Shown here in pieces: positions 10,163-21,582 of a stretch of 64,000 nt of DNA. The DNA is from Anthoceros angustus (lineage: Eukaryota > Plantae > Anthocerotophyta), in assembly GCA_010909165.1 (NCBI GenBank), contig MU008170.1, positions 1,612,001 to 1,676,000 on the forward strand, read 5' to 3'. The translations under genes and the position numbers were made by a program. Within the stretch, counting starts at the first letter, position 1. Every line of letters begins with the position of its first letter. Under the pieces are notes generated by a model. That model made no database searches, was not told the DNA's origin, and saw nothing but the letters and a program-made list of their open reading frames with translations.

Positions 10163-10343
10163 GCTCTCTGCGCCCTGCACTTTCGCAGCAATTCACAGCC
10201 CAGAAAACCTGCCTCCTGCGTTTTGAGCTGTCTACTGAGATACGGATCAGCTCTCAGCTGTTCGTTCACACTGACAGGCTGCTGCTGCAGCTGGGTGGGG
10301 ACATTCTGGAAGTTTCCGGCCGGGTTCTGATTCGGCATCAGCA
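10163..10343. promoter_or_regulatory. Probable bidirectional promoter between DUF1348 and the PDF-PPR gene
   Basis: Only about 180 bp separate the two divergent predicted start codons. Confidence 0.4.
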
Positions 10344-13300
10344 ATGCAATGCAGCACCCGTGCTCCTGTTGGGCGGCCCATGGCGGTGTGGGAGGACACG
10401 CTGAGGGAACTCCATTTCCATGGGCATCTGCCCACCGCAGTTTTTGGGTCTCTGCCGACCGCTGGAAGAAGTTGCGCGGTTGGCATGGCCGGGGAGGCTG
10501 GGAGGACCGTACAGTTCCGGGTGAAGGTGGCATTGGCGTGCTCCGGTGGTGAGCTGAGTTCGAGTTGCGTCTCTAGCGATGGCCAGGAGGGTAATTTATC
10601 TGCCTTATGTTGGGGTATGTTGGACGTTAGAATTCTGTTTCAGAGCCATCTAATGCTTGGTTGGGGAGACAGGAGGAAGTGATGGAAAGCTGGAGAGGGA
10701 ACGGGTGCAGATGCTGTGGGAGGACTTCTTCTCGGATCCTTCTTTGTGGTGGGACAACAGGTTGGGGAAGGTATGTTTGTTGCAAGGCATCGACATTTCC
10801 TCTCCTGTGAAGTTGACGCTGGACAGGAAGAAGGTTTTTGGTGCTCAGTATGTGCAGTCTGCTCGTGTTTGCAGAGAAGTTCACGGTCTCCGGACTTCGT
10901 ACACAAGAGAAAAGGCGATGTTCTGTGGGCTCGCAGCAGGTTGAATCCTCCTTGGACAGAGTCATGGCTGGCGCTGTATGAACAACCTGCAGACGTGGTG
11001 ACGAAACCCGGGACTGATGTTCCAGCGCCCATATGGTGATTGTTGCCTGTGCAAAAGTTTGCTTTGTAAAGTTGCTTGCAAGCAGCTGATGTTGATGCAA
11101 AGGAAAGGTAGTCAATGTGGATAGTTTTGGACTCTGGTGCTAACTGAATTGAGCCTCCACAGGGTACAGGACAAATCCTGCGAAGCTCAAAGATTATGTG
11201 AGCAGGGGAGGCTGGAAGAGGCCGTGGATGCTCTGCTTCTGATGGGTCAGAAGGGCTGCCTGCCATCGGTGCAGACTTATTTTGAGCTGTTGCAGGCGTG
11301 CCGAAAACAAAAGGCTCTGCATGAGGCCAAGAGAGTACATGCTCACATTGTGGAGAATGGACTTGAGAACAACACATTTCTGGGTGAAATTGCGGTGAAT
11401 GTGTTTGTGAAGTGTGGGGATCTGCCATACGCACTCCTGCTATTTGACAGACTATCCCGACGGACGGCCTTATCTTGGGCTGCACTCATTTCAGGATATG
11501 CAAACGCTGGACAAGGTCAGAGGGCGGTCATGACCTACAAAGAGATGCAAAAGCAAGGCGTGGAACCAAACAAGTACACGTTTGGTGTTGTTCTCCAAGC
11601 TTGTAGCATTCCTGTGGACCTGACAGTGGGGAAGCAGGTTCATGCTGAGCTCGTCAGACGCAATTGGGAGTCTGATTCCTTTCTGGGTAAGTGTCTGGTG
11701 GGTATGTATGCAAAGTGTGGGAGCATGGTGGATGCACAGCATGTTTTTGAGACTCTGTCAAAGCGTGATGTGGTGTCATGGAATGATATGATTAGGGGCT
11801 ATGTGAAGGATGGGAAGGGTGAGATAGCGATTAAACTCTGCTTCCAATTGCAAGAGGAAGGCTTGTACCCAGACAAATGGACCTTTGTGAACGTGCTAAA
11901 AGCATGTATCAGTATATCAGTCAATGAAGAGGAGATGTTGATTGATGGGCAGCCTGTGAAAATGGGCTCTTTACGAAAGGGGAAGACTTTTCATGCTGAA
12001 GTGGCCGGAAGAAATTTAGAGACTGATGTCTTTGTGACCAACTGTCTGGTTAACATGTATGCCAAGTGTGGGAGCCTTCAAGATGCACGACAAGTATTTG
12101 ACGGATTGTCGCATGGGAACGTGGTGTTGTGGAATACAATGATCGCAGGTTACTCTCAGCAAGAAAAGGGTGAGGAGGCTTTGCAACTTTATGCTCAAAT
12201 GCAATGGTCTGATGTGAGACCTGATCAGCGTACGTTTGTAAGCGTCTTGAAAGCATGTGCTGTCCTGGGAGCCCTTGAAGAAGCCACATTGATTGATGGG
12301 CAGTTGTGGAAGGTGAAGTCCCTGCAACAAAGTAAAGTCATTCATGCTGACGTTGTCAAAGCAGGCTGTGAAATGGATGTCTTTGTGGAGAACACAATAG
12401 TAGACATGTATGCAAAATGCAGGAGCATGTTGGATGCCAGGTCTGCATTCAATGCACTGTCTCACCGCAATGTTGTATCATGGAATGCCATGATGCAAGG
12501 CTATTTGGAAGAGGGGGAAAGTGAGAGTGCCATGGAGTTATATAGCGAAATGCAAGAAGAGGGGATAAGACCAGACCACTGGACATTTGTTTGTGTGCTG
12601 AGGGCATGCAGTGACTTGGCGGTCGAGGAAAAAGATACTATTGTCACTGGAGTACCGATCAAAGAGAAGTCCTTGCGACAGGCAAGGAAGATCCACGCTC
12701 AACTAGTTGGTTTAGGTCTTGACTCAGATCTGTATGTTGGCAATACGTTAATGGATTTGTACGCAAAGTGTCGGAGCCCTGTGGATGCACGGACTGTTTT
12801 TGACACATTGTCCCAGAGGAACGTGGTGTCTTGGAACGTAATTATTGCATGCTATGCTCAGGAAGGAGATGGACATGAAGCACTGCAGCTTTATGCTGAC
12901 ATGCAAGGTTGTGGATTCAGTCCCAATGACCGCACATTTGTGAGTGTCCTTATGGCCTGCGGGATCCTCGCAACAAAGGAGGCGGAGACGGTTGTTGATG
13001 GCCAGCAAGTTAAAGTTAAATCTCTGCAGAAAGGCATCATGTTGCATGCGGAAGTCGTTAGAAGAGGCTATATGTCAGATATCTATGTGGGGAACTCTAT
13101 GGTGGATATGTATGCAAAGTGTGGATCCATTGTTGATGCGCGGCAGGTGTTGGACTCTTTGCCCCAGCGCACTGTGGTATCCTGGAATGCCATGATAGCA
13201 GGTTATGCTCAGCAGGAAGAAGGCGAGAACGCTTTGCAGGTGTATGAGCAGATGCGAGCTGTTGGTGAGATGCCAGATGACCGAACCTTTGTCAGCTTGC

Positions 13301-14460
13301 TAAAGGCAGTGAGCAGCCTGGCTTGTAAGGAGATGGAAACTGTCACAGATGGTGTAGCAGTCAAAGCAGAGTCACTAGAAAAGGGTGAGGCCCTGCATGC
13401 TGAGGCTATTAGGATGGGTTTTGAGTCTAACTTGTACGTCAAGAATACATTAGTTCGGATGTATGCGAACTGTGGGAGTCTTGCCAAAGCACAACGAGTG
13501 TTTGACTCTCTGTCCCAACCAGATGCGGTGTCGTGGAATGCCCTCATTGCTGGATACACTCAGCAGGGTCGGGCTAACCGGGCTCTGCAACTGTATGCTG
13601 ATATGCTACATTGTGAGGTGCAACCCACCGAGGCAACGTTTCTGAGTTTACTTAGAGCGTGCAGCAATGTAGGATCCCTGAGGTGGTGCAAACAAATCCA
13701 GTCAGACATTTTACAGTGCGGAACTGGGCTGAGTGTCCGTGTGTCAAACACGCTCATCCATGCATTTGCTCGATGTGGGAGCATGGTAGATGCACATCAT
13801 GTGTTTAACACCATGCCACAACAGCACACTGTGGCGTCCTGGAACGTACTAATTGCAGGATACGCCAAACAAGGCGATTCGGCAACGAGCTTGCAGTGCT
13901 TCGAGAGTATGCAACTGGCAGGCTTGAAGCCAGATTCTGTCACCTTCGTTTCCCTTCTCGCAGCATGCAGTCATGGAGGAAAAACAGACAAGGGCCTGGA
14001 ATTCTTCAATTCCATGAGCGAGGTGTTTGGCATCACAGCAACAAGCGCTCACTATGTCTGCATAGTCGATCTCCTCAGCCGTGCAGGACTTTTCAGCAAG
14101 GCAGAGCAGTTGCTCTTGGCCATGCCTGTCCAGCCTGATCTGGCAGTCTGGTTGTCGCTCCTCAGTGGGTGCAGGAAGTACGTCAACATAGAGCTAGGAC
14201 GACGTGCCTTTGAGCATGCCGTCAGGTTGGATCCCAAGCAAGGTGGCCCCTACATGCTCATGGCTAACCTCTACGCCCATGCCCACATCTGGCAGAAGGC
14301 GAAAGAGATAGAGGGATTGAGAGTCCGTGCGGATGCTCCGAGGAAGCACGGTGAGAGCTGGATAGAGGTAGGTGACTGTGTGCATCAGTTTGCAGTGGGA
14401 GATACCACCCACCCACAAACTCATCAGGTCTACCAACAACTCGATGAACTCAGTGCGTAA
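10344..14460 (+). CDS. PLS-class PPR protein (E1-E2-E+, no DYW) with an N-terminal OSB-type PDF motif, about 1253 aa
   Basis: join(10344..10548,10673..10770,10875..11035,11163..14460) is 3762 nt, all GT-AG and phase-matched, with branch-point-like CTAAT/CTAAC upstream of two acceptors. It encodes about 26 P/L/S motifs, five elongated LL motifs (e.g. EEEMLIDGQPVKMGSL) and the E+ signature HGESWIEV..HQFAVGDTTHP. Confidence 0.88.
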
Positions 14461-14721
14461 GTGCAGAATGGGCATGTGAAAGGGAAAGTCTGGCAACGTT
14501 GTGGCCCATGCAGAAATTCCAGGGTCGTGTGTGTACAAAATCCATTCTGTGTCCATTTTTCTCGTAGAAATGAACCGAACACCGACCGTGTCTCTCCCAC
14601 CTTCCTTTTGGATGTGATGTGGGCGATCGTTGGAAGGCCACTTGGATGTCCATCTGGACGCAGTGAAAAAGGCTGCTGAGATTATGGTTCTGCAGGCGGA
14701 GCATCAAATGTGCAATACCAG

Positions 14722-15650
14722 ATGTCGGACCACTACAAGGTGCTCGGCATCTCGCCCGACGCTTCCCAGGAAGAGATCAAGAAGGCGTTCCGGCAGTTGG
14801 CCCTCAAGTACCATCCAGATCGTCACGTTCACGACTCCCAGGCTCAGCAGGATGCTGCCGTCCTGCGCTTCAAGGAGCTTGCGCAAGCGTATGAGGTGCT
14901 GAGCGATCACAAGAAGAGGGCTTTATATAACAGGGAGGCCAGAGCCAGGAGGTATGGAAACCCTTCTCATGGAGCCGCAACTACGTCATACCGACAAGCA
15001 TACGGTGGCGGCTCATATAGCACCCGGGGACCCAGCAGCACCACCACCACTGGGGTTGGAAGTCGAAGGTTCTGGAGTCGGAGCTTCTCGCGTGCCGATC
15101 TGCTCATTCATGCTGTGGTTCTAGGGTTGGCCAATCCCGTCATCTTGCTCCAGATTTAGGGTTTGCTTCTCCGCTTGATTTCTGTAGGCGTGGTCCGATG
15201 CTTGCTGCAATAGCTGGGAGCTGTTCTTGTCAAGCTTTTGTTGCTGTTTGGGTTGTTGACATTTTGGTGTGTGTTCTTGCAGAATTGCGTACACCGGCCT
15301 GGTTATTGCAGATCCGTTTGGAGATTTTGTTTGGGGAAAGAAGAATGCTGGTGTAAGTATCTATTCCTTCACATTTCCTTCTTCCAAGTGACGTCAAAGT
15401 CTGTTGATCTGGCTGCATCCTCGGTTCTGAGGTTTCTCGAAAACTCAAGCTCGGTGCTGAGGATGTGTTGCTTGTGGCACTTGCATGCATGATGCTGACT
15501 CTGAAGGATGGCGTTCATTTGTAGAAAACCTTTGAAGACACCATGGAAGGTGTGAAAAAAGCTCAAGCTCACGATGGGCCCGACAAGGAATCACGAACAA
15601 CCAGAATCACCAGCGCAGGAGCAGCGGGCAGTGCGTCAGACCGACAGTGA
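14722..15650 (+). CDS. J-domain protein, DnaJ72-like (J domain plus C-terminal TM segment)
   Basis: join(14722..15125,15283..15352,15525..15650). It has [15 protein letters not shown] (HPD motif) and ends ...VWGKKNAG|[12 protein letters not shown], resembling plant DnaJ72. Confidence 0.85.
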
Positions 15651-16440
15651 TCCAAGTTATTGTGGAATGCTGCACTGTCTGTGGCTACGTTGGACTCTGG
15701 AGAGGCAACAGTGCTGGTAATCTTTGCCTGCACTCCCCTGTGGCTGTGTGGATCTGTGGAACTTGCTTTGCTTTGAAGTTTCAACGTCTCACTTCCTACT
15801 CTTCTTGTGAGGCGTGCTTTTCCTTGCTTTGCACTGCCATTGCAGTTGCAACTTCTCATCCGCTGGTCTTCTCTGTCTTTCAGGTTCGGAGAGCGGTCGT
15901 GGCCACAACCAAGTATGTCACCGTCACCATCATATTCACCAATTTGTCAAGAAGTACGACTACCTAGTTCGAAGAAGAGGAAGTTGATTAAGTATTAGTT
16001 CACCTCACGCCCTTGTCCATTAGTCAGACATGAAGATTAATCTTGTTTAGGATCACAGGTTGTGTACCAAGGAATTGTGGCTGGCCACAAATGCAGGAAA
16101 AAAATTCACTCCGATCTTTCTTGGCGCCGACAGGATATTCGTCCCACCAATACGCGGCTGCTACAGATGGTACGAAGCAGGATTTGATGATTTCTCATGC
16201 CTGCCTCCCCAGCTCCTGAGCGTGGCATCTCGGCAGTGCTGCTTTCGGGTTGTTGGGCTGCAGTCTCTGCGCTCCTTTATCTTCCAGCCGGAACCGTCAG
16301 TACTGCTGCAGTTCGATTGCTTGCTCTTCTGATTTTCGTCCATGTGCCTTGCCATGCGGCCATCTCCACCCATGTGATCATCTGCAGCGCAGCCTTGGCT
16401 TTCGAAGAACATCCATCCCAGGTTCCAGCTTCCTCCGCCG

Positions 16441-17421
16441 ATGACTTGCCTCGAAGGTTTCCAACCAGGAGGGCTTCGTTTGCTGGCAGGCCAGGTGCTG
16501 GGAGCTAGGAATTCTCTCCTCGCCGGGGTATGGAGGAGCCCGTCGTGTTGCCAGAGCAGGGTGGTTTCATGCAACGTCGCAGCAGAGCGCTCGGGTGAGG
16601 CGAAATCTCTTTCCCTTGCTAGGGAAAGCAGCAGCAAGCAGAGACAGAGACAGAGACACATCACCAGCGCTTCTGCGTCAGTGGAAGCAGCACCGGACGT
16701 GGCGCCCAGCAACGGGTCTGCGCTCTCCGGCGGGGCTCCCGATCTCCGAGGCTTGCCGGACAGCTTGAACGGCAAGTTCCCTTCTGGAGAGAAGGAAATT
16801 GTGCTGGTGCGGCACGGCCTGAGCTCCTGGAATGCGGAGGGCAGGATACAGGGGAGCTCGGACCAGTCTGTGCTGTCGGACATGGGGAAGGTCCAGGTGC
16901 AGAGGTGCAGAGAGGCCCTGTCCAGACTCAGCTTCGGTACGTGTTTCGCGAGCCCCATCTCCCGGGCCAGGTCCAGTGCCGAGCTCATCTGGGAAGGAAG
17001 GGACGAACCCATCCAGTTCCTCGACAGTCTGAAGGAAGCCAATCTGCTGTTTCTGGAAGGGATGCGGAACGTGGATGCCAGGGAGCAGTACCCGCAGCTT
17101 TACAGAACCTGGAGGGAGGATCCTGCCAACTTTCACGTGGATGGAGTGTATCCTATCAGGGATTTGTGGTCGAAAGCTAGGCACGCATGGGAGGAAATCC
17201 TTGCTGCTCCTGGCGAGCTTATCGTGGTGGTCACACATAAGTCTATACTGCGAGCTTTGCTTTGTACAGCTCTTGGCTTGGGGCCCGACAGGTTTAGGTC
17301 TATCGAAATCAACAACGCTGCGGTGTCCTCTGTGACTGTCAACACCGAAGGCAACGCCATGCTTAAGAGCCTTAACATGACGGCCCATTTGCATGCCGAT
17401 GGAGTCTACTATCAGAACTGA
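16441..17421 (+). CDS. Phosphoglycerate-mutase-family histidine phosphatase (CA1P-phosphatase-like), probably plastid-targeted, intronless
   Basis: 326-aa ORF with the LVRHGLSSWN catalytic motif, SPISRA and VVTHKSILRA, plus a Ser/Arg-rich transit-like N-terminus. Confidence 0.88.
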   Translation: MTCLEGFQPGGLRLLAGQVLGARNSLLAGVWRSPSCCQSRVVSCNVAAERSGEAKSLSLARESSSKQRQRQRHITSASASVEAAPDVAPSNGSALSGGAPDLRGLPDSLNGKFPSGEKEIVLVRHGLSSWNAEGRIQGSSDQSVLSDMGKVQVQRCREALSRLSFGTCFASPISRARSSAELIWEGRDEPIQFLDSLKEANLLFLEGMRNVDAREQYPQLYRTWREDPANFHVDGVYPIRDLWSKARHAWEEILAAPGELIVVVTHKSILRALLCTALGLGPDRFRSIEINNAAVSSVTVNTEGNAMLKSLNMTAHLHADGVYYQN

Positions 17422-18333
17422 CTCTCTCTGCCTTCCTGTACTCAATGTAGTGTTGTAATTGTACTATTATGTATTCCAGTTTTTCTCCCCATCGTGGTGA
17501 GATGATGAGTTATGTTAATACTGTAACCAAGAAAGCTTCGCTTTTCGAGCATTGAGACTGTTCTCATATATTGTGAACACGATGTTGAATTCTTGTGGGT
17601 TGAGTGTTTTGTTTGGAGTCACGGTGAGAGTGTAATAAATATGCAGAAGAGTTTTCAGCTGTCACCTTGTTATGTGCCCTCGGTCTTTGCAGAAAGTTCG
17701 TGCCAAGTTAGGCGTGACATCCCAGTCATGTGACAAGGTCGATTGCAACAGAGCACGTCAGAAGTCTGGTGCAAAGTGTAAGAGCCTTTGGATGGAACTC
17801 TCTGTTTCTTTCCAAGGACGGGTCCAGGTTCAGGAAGCCTCCCTTTTGTCGTTGGTGGTTTGATGACTGCAGGAAAGGAAGCCATCACGGGTGCTGCAGC
17901 CAGCACAGGAAGCGTCAAAAGAACCCGTGAAGGTGTTTTGCCTTCACACAATCATGTTCAGACGGAGTGGGTCGATGCAGACCGTGGGATTGGAGCTGTA
18001 GAGGAAGTGTTGAAGGCCACTGAGAGAAAAGGGGAAGACAGCCGAGAAGTACCCAGCTATTTCTCGGCCTCAGCGAGCATGTGATGCTCACAAGCAGACA
18101 AGATGCCAGCAGGCAGAAAGCAGTAGGGAAATGGTATAAATGCCAGTGCACCATTTCCAGTCTCCCAGCTCGTTCTTACTGCTTGCAGACATAAACAGCA
18201 TGTTCATTTCCATGGGGGAGAGAATGAGAGGAGATCGAGTGAGGCTAGCTACCACCATGCGATTGGTGTAATGCTGCTGTGATGCTCAGGAAGTTGTGAA
18301 GGCCGACCTGGTATCTTCTTTGCACTTAAGACC

Positions 18334-19641
18334 ATGGGGCGGGGAAATGCTGTCACTGTTGCGTTGCTCCTCCTGCTCCAGATACATGGGGCTGTACCAG
18401 CCCGGGTTCTTCACAAGGAGCAGCTCCATCACAAGGGCCAGCTGAGTGTGGATGAAAATCCGGGAGTGAAATTGGACCGGGAGCTGACAGTACATGGCTC
18501 AGGTAAGGAAATCTGGAGCCCACAAATTCTTCAGGACTGCTATTTTGCAATTCCATTAGTCTAACCGGACTTCGTAGTCTCCAAAACAGGAGGTTCCACT
18601 CGTGCAACTCACCGTGTAGATACATCGCCTGCCATCAGCCACACCCGTCCACATGCAGCACCTGGAGCTGAGAAGGTGGCAGTCATTCCGGAAAAATCCT
18701 TTCATTTGCCAATTTCAAAAGGGAAGAGGAGTCAGCTCAAGGAGATCGCGAAGAAGAGGAGGACGCATAAGAAACACAAGCACACATCGAGGAAGCGGAG
18801 ACCAAGAAAGGATTACCCGCAAGGTTCCGAACTATTTCCAGGCTTCACGCTACCACCGAATCCCTTCATCCCTTCACCTGATGCAGTGATAAACTTGCCC
18901 CCTTTTCCATTGCTTACTGTGCCACCACTTCCATTCACAGGCGGGCCTCTACCTTTCCAGCCACCTCCCATTTCGTTCAACCCTCGCCCCGATCCTTCTG
19001 CACTGCCGTCATATGTGCCACCCTTGCCATTTGTCAATCCGCCTCCACTGTCCCTCAACTTGCCACCTCTACCAGTAATCAACCCTCCTCCCCTACCCAC
19101 TCTGCCGTTGATCAACCCTCCTCCCCTACCCGCTCTGCCCTTGGTCAAGCCTCCACCTCAGACTCTGAATGTGCCACCTCTGCCATTCGTTTTCCCTCCT
19201 CCACTGCCTGTGAATGCGCCATCACGCTTCCCTCCTATAACACACGGGGCGCCTCCTTTGCTGCCTGTAATACCTTCAACACCACATGTCAACCTGCCCA
19301 AGCCTCCACCTCTGCGCTTCGCCAAGCCCCCTCCATTGCCCCGGTGGAAAGCCCCTCCGCTACCTGGACTGAAGACTCCTCCATTCAAGCCCCCCCCTCT
19401 ACATCTACCTGTACTGCAGCCTCCTCCATCACCTGCAGCCAAGCTCCCTCCCTCACCAGCGATCGAACATCCTCGTCCACCCCATCTGAAGCCTCGACCA
19501 GTCCCGAGAGGTGGAGTCAAGCATCCCAAGCCCGTAGGACCCGAGCCTCCAGGACCCAAGCCTCCAAAGCCAAGAGTGAAGCCAGGAGTCAAGCACCACA
19601 GGAGAGGGAAGGCTCGCGGATATCATGTCCGAGCTCCGTGA
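18334..19641 (+). CDS. Secreted proline-rich cell-wall protein, about 410 aa
   Basis: join(18334..18502,18578..19641) is in frame. It has a signal peptide (MGRGNAVTVALLLLLQIHGAVPA), a basic His/Lys block and many (V/I)NPPPLP and KPPP repeats. Confidence 0.75.
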
Positions 19642-21521
19642 CATCAACGCTCGCACGGAAAGGCACCTCATCCCTATTGCTGCCTGCATGGCACCCGCAC
19701 ATGGCATGGAGTATAGAACATGGATCAGAATAACGTACGTACTAGAAGCTTATACATACCGACTATGATTCCGTATTCCAGACGGTTAGCACTAGCACAT
19801 TCCATGCGTATACAACTCCGGTCAGATTACCGTTACAGTACAAGCCCAAGACTCTTGTAATAACAACAAGACTGTTGTAATAAAATATTATTTAGGTTTA
19901 CGGTGTACCCTGATAGCACGTGAAGGGCATTTCTTTCTTTGCGAAATTTTTCATGTTCAAAGAGTCTATCACCATATATACACAAAGATAAAATTGTGCA
20001 ATCTCCAAACAATCCCGATCCAGTCGATTAGGCATATTGGAGGCAATTACTATTTTACTTTTGAGAACACATATTTGAAAATTTTGAGAATATATTACTT
20101 CCGACAACAAAAAAAGTCGCTAATGATACAAGGTGTTCATAAACGATTTTTGTTTCCTATAATTGGATAATTCGCCTAATGGCTTGCATCCCAAAAAAAA
20201 TACTTAAGTAGGCAACCGGTGTCTCGTGGCTATATGCAAAGGGTGCTTATAGATTAACTATCATGTATGTGCAAAGGAGCATGAAATTTCATAAATGAAC
20301 GACTCTCAACATTATGTGCATCGCTAGCCAACTCTTGGGGGAAGATAAATCGTTGTTCTTCTCCAATGATCCACTAATTAGCATACAAGAAGAAGGCAGT
20401 CACAGAAGCTTCTCCCCCCTAATCACCTTTTTTTTTGACATCTTCTCCTCTTTATCTCTCTCCAACTCTTGTATCAACTACTTCCCGCATCATCAGGAGA
20501 ATTGACTAAAGAAACCTTCAGAATCTGTGTTGGCCTCGAGCAACGACCTGAGACTTTGGCAGCACAAGCAAGCACATCACCCATCGTCAACTAGACAAGT
20601 CAGCGACAAAAAAAGTTCTTTCTTTTTCTTTGCCTTTGGCAACAAATGTTCCTACTTTTGGTCGCAACCAGTAATATATATTATAAATTAACGATAACAA
20701 GTCCAATATTTCTTCCAAATCACAAATAAAAATTCCAAAATTTTGGAGCTGTCAAATCATGTAAATAATTATGAAATTAAATTAATTATTAATCATTATA
20801 ATATTTTTATTTAAACTTCACACTTGGAGATTATTTTATGATCTAGTATTCTTGTGGTCTTACCCGGTGGGCGTGTGGACTCCTAGGTGATAGTTTTTGG
20901 TCTCCAGATTATCATGAAATAATGTAAAATAAAAATACTATTGATATAATATATAATTTTATGGTACTATTTTAGATAGAGTACTATATTAAGACTAATT
21001 CCTGATTTGTACTGCATGCCCCTGTACATACGTAAGGGACTAAGGGGAGACCTCTTTACTTGTATTGTCTAGTGCATCTTGGGCTTTGTTTCATGTACTG
21101 TAAGCTCCGTCTTGGTGCTATCATTTGTTCTTTCTCAAGTTGTCTGATTGCATACGGCAAATGGCTGCAAGCCGCTGTACAACATAAGGTTCTAGCAGCC
21201 TACCTTACCTTGAAATTCAATCCAATTTGTAACTTGAGATGCAAAGTCTGGACTGTCCTGGACACAGAGTCATTTGCTGGCTACAGACCAAAGCACCAGA
21301 GAAGCTGTTCACGTAGCACGTCTCCAGCTGGCGGACCTCTGCTCTGCTGTGGAAGCTAAATGTGCTGAAGTACAAAATTGCTCACCTTACGCCAAGGACG
21401 AGAGGTTTCCGCGGCTGCTGTGACGGAAAGGAACAGATCCTTCGGTGATCATTCCGGTCTGCTCTGAATTCTTGCCACAGCGAAGCTGTACTCCTTAGGG
21501 CACTGGCTCGTTTTGAGGGCT

Positions 21522-21529
21522 TAGGGTTT
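21522..21529 (-). promoter_or_regulatory. Telo-box-like element (AAACCCTA) upstream of MetRS
   Basis: TAGGGTTT lies 54 bp before the ATG of a translation-machinery gene. It is only an 8-mer, so it could be chance. Confidence 0.3.
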
Positions 21530-21582
21530 AACGACATTGTCTTCTCCTCGACAGCAGCTGTGTTCAGTGGACGGATGCAGTA

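Noticed and set aside
14461-14679. In-frame ORF after the PPR stop as a hidden DYW deaminase domain
   Set aside because: It has a CGPC and an HF, but no HxE motif, wrong spacing and no DYW-like end in any frame. At most it is an unrecognisably decayed remnant.
17788-18084. 98-aa ORF between the PGM and proline-rich genes
   Set aside because: No recognisable domain or convincing splice structure.
18813-19592. Gly-rich minus-strand ORFs
   Set aside because: Antisense shadow of the Pro-rich (CCN) coding strand.
19880-21000. AT-rich intergenic block as a MITE or Helitron
   Set aside because: No convincing TIR, TSD or hairpin-CTRR terminus was found by eye.
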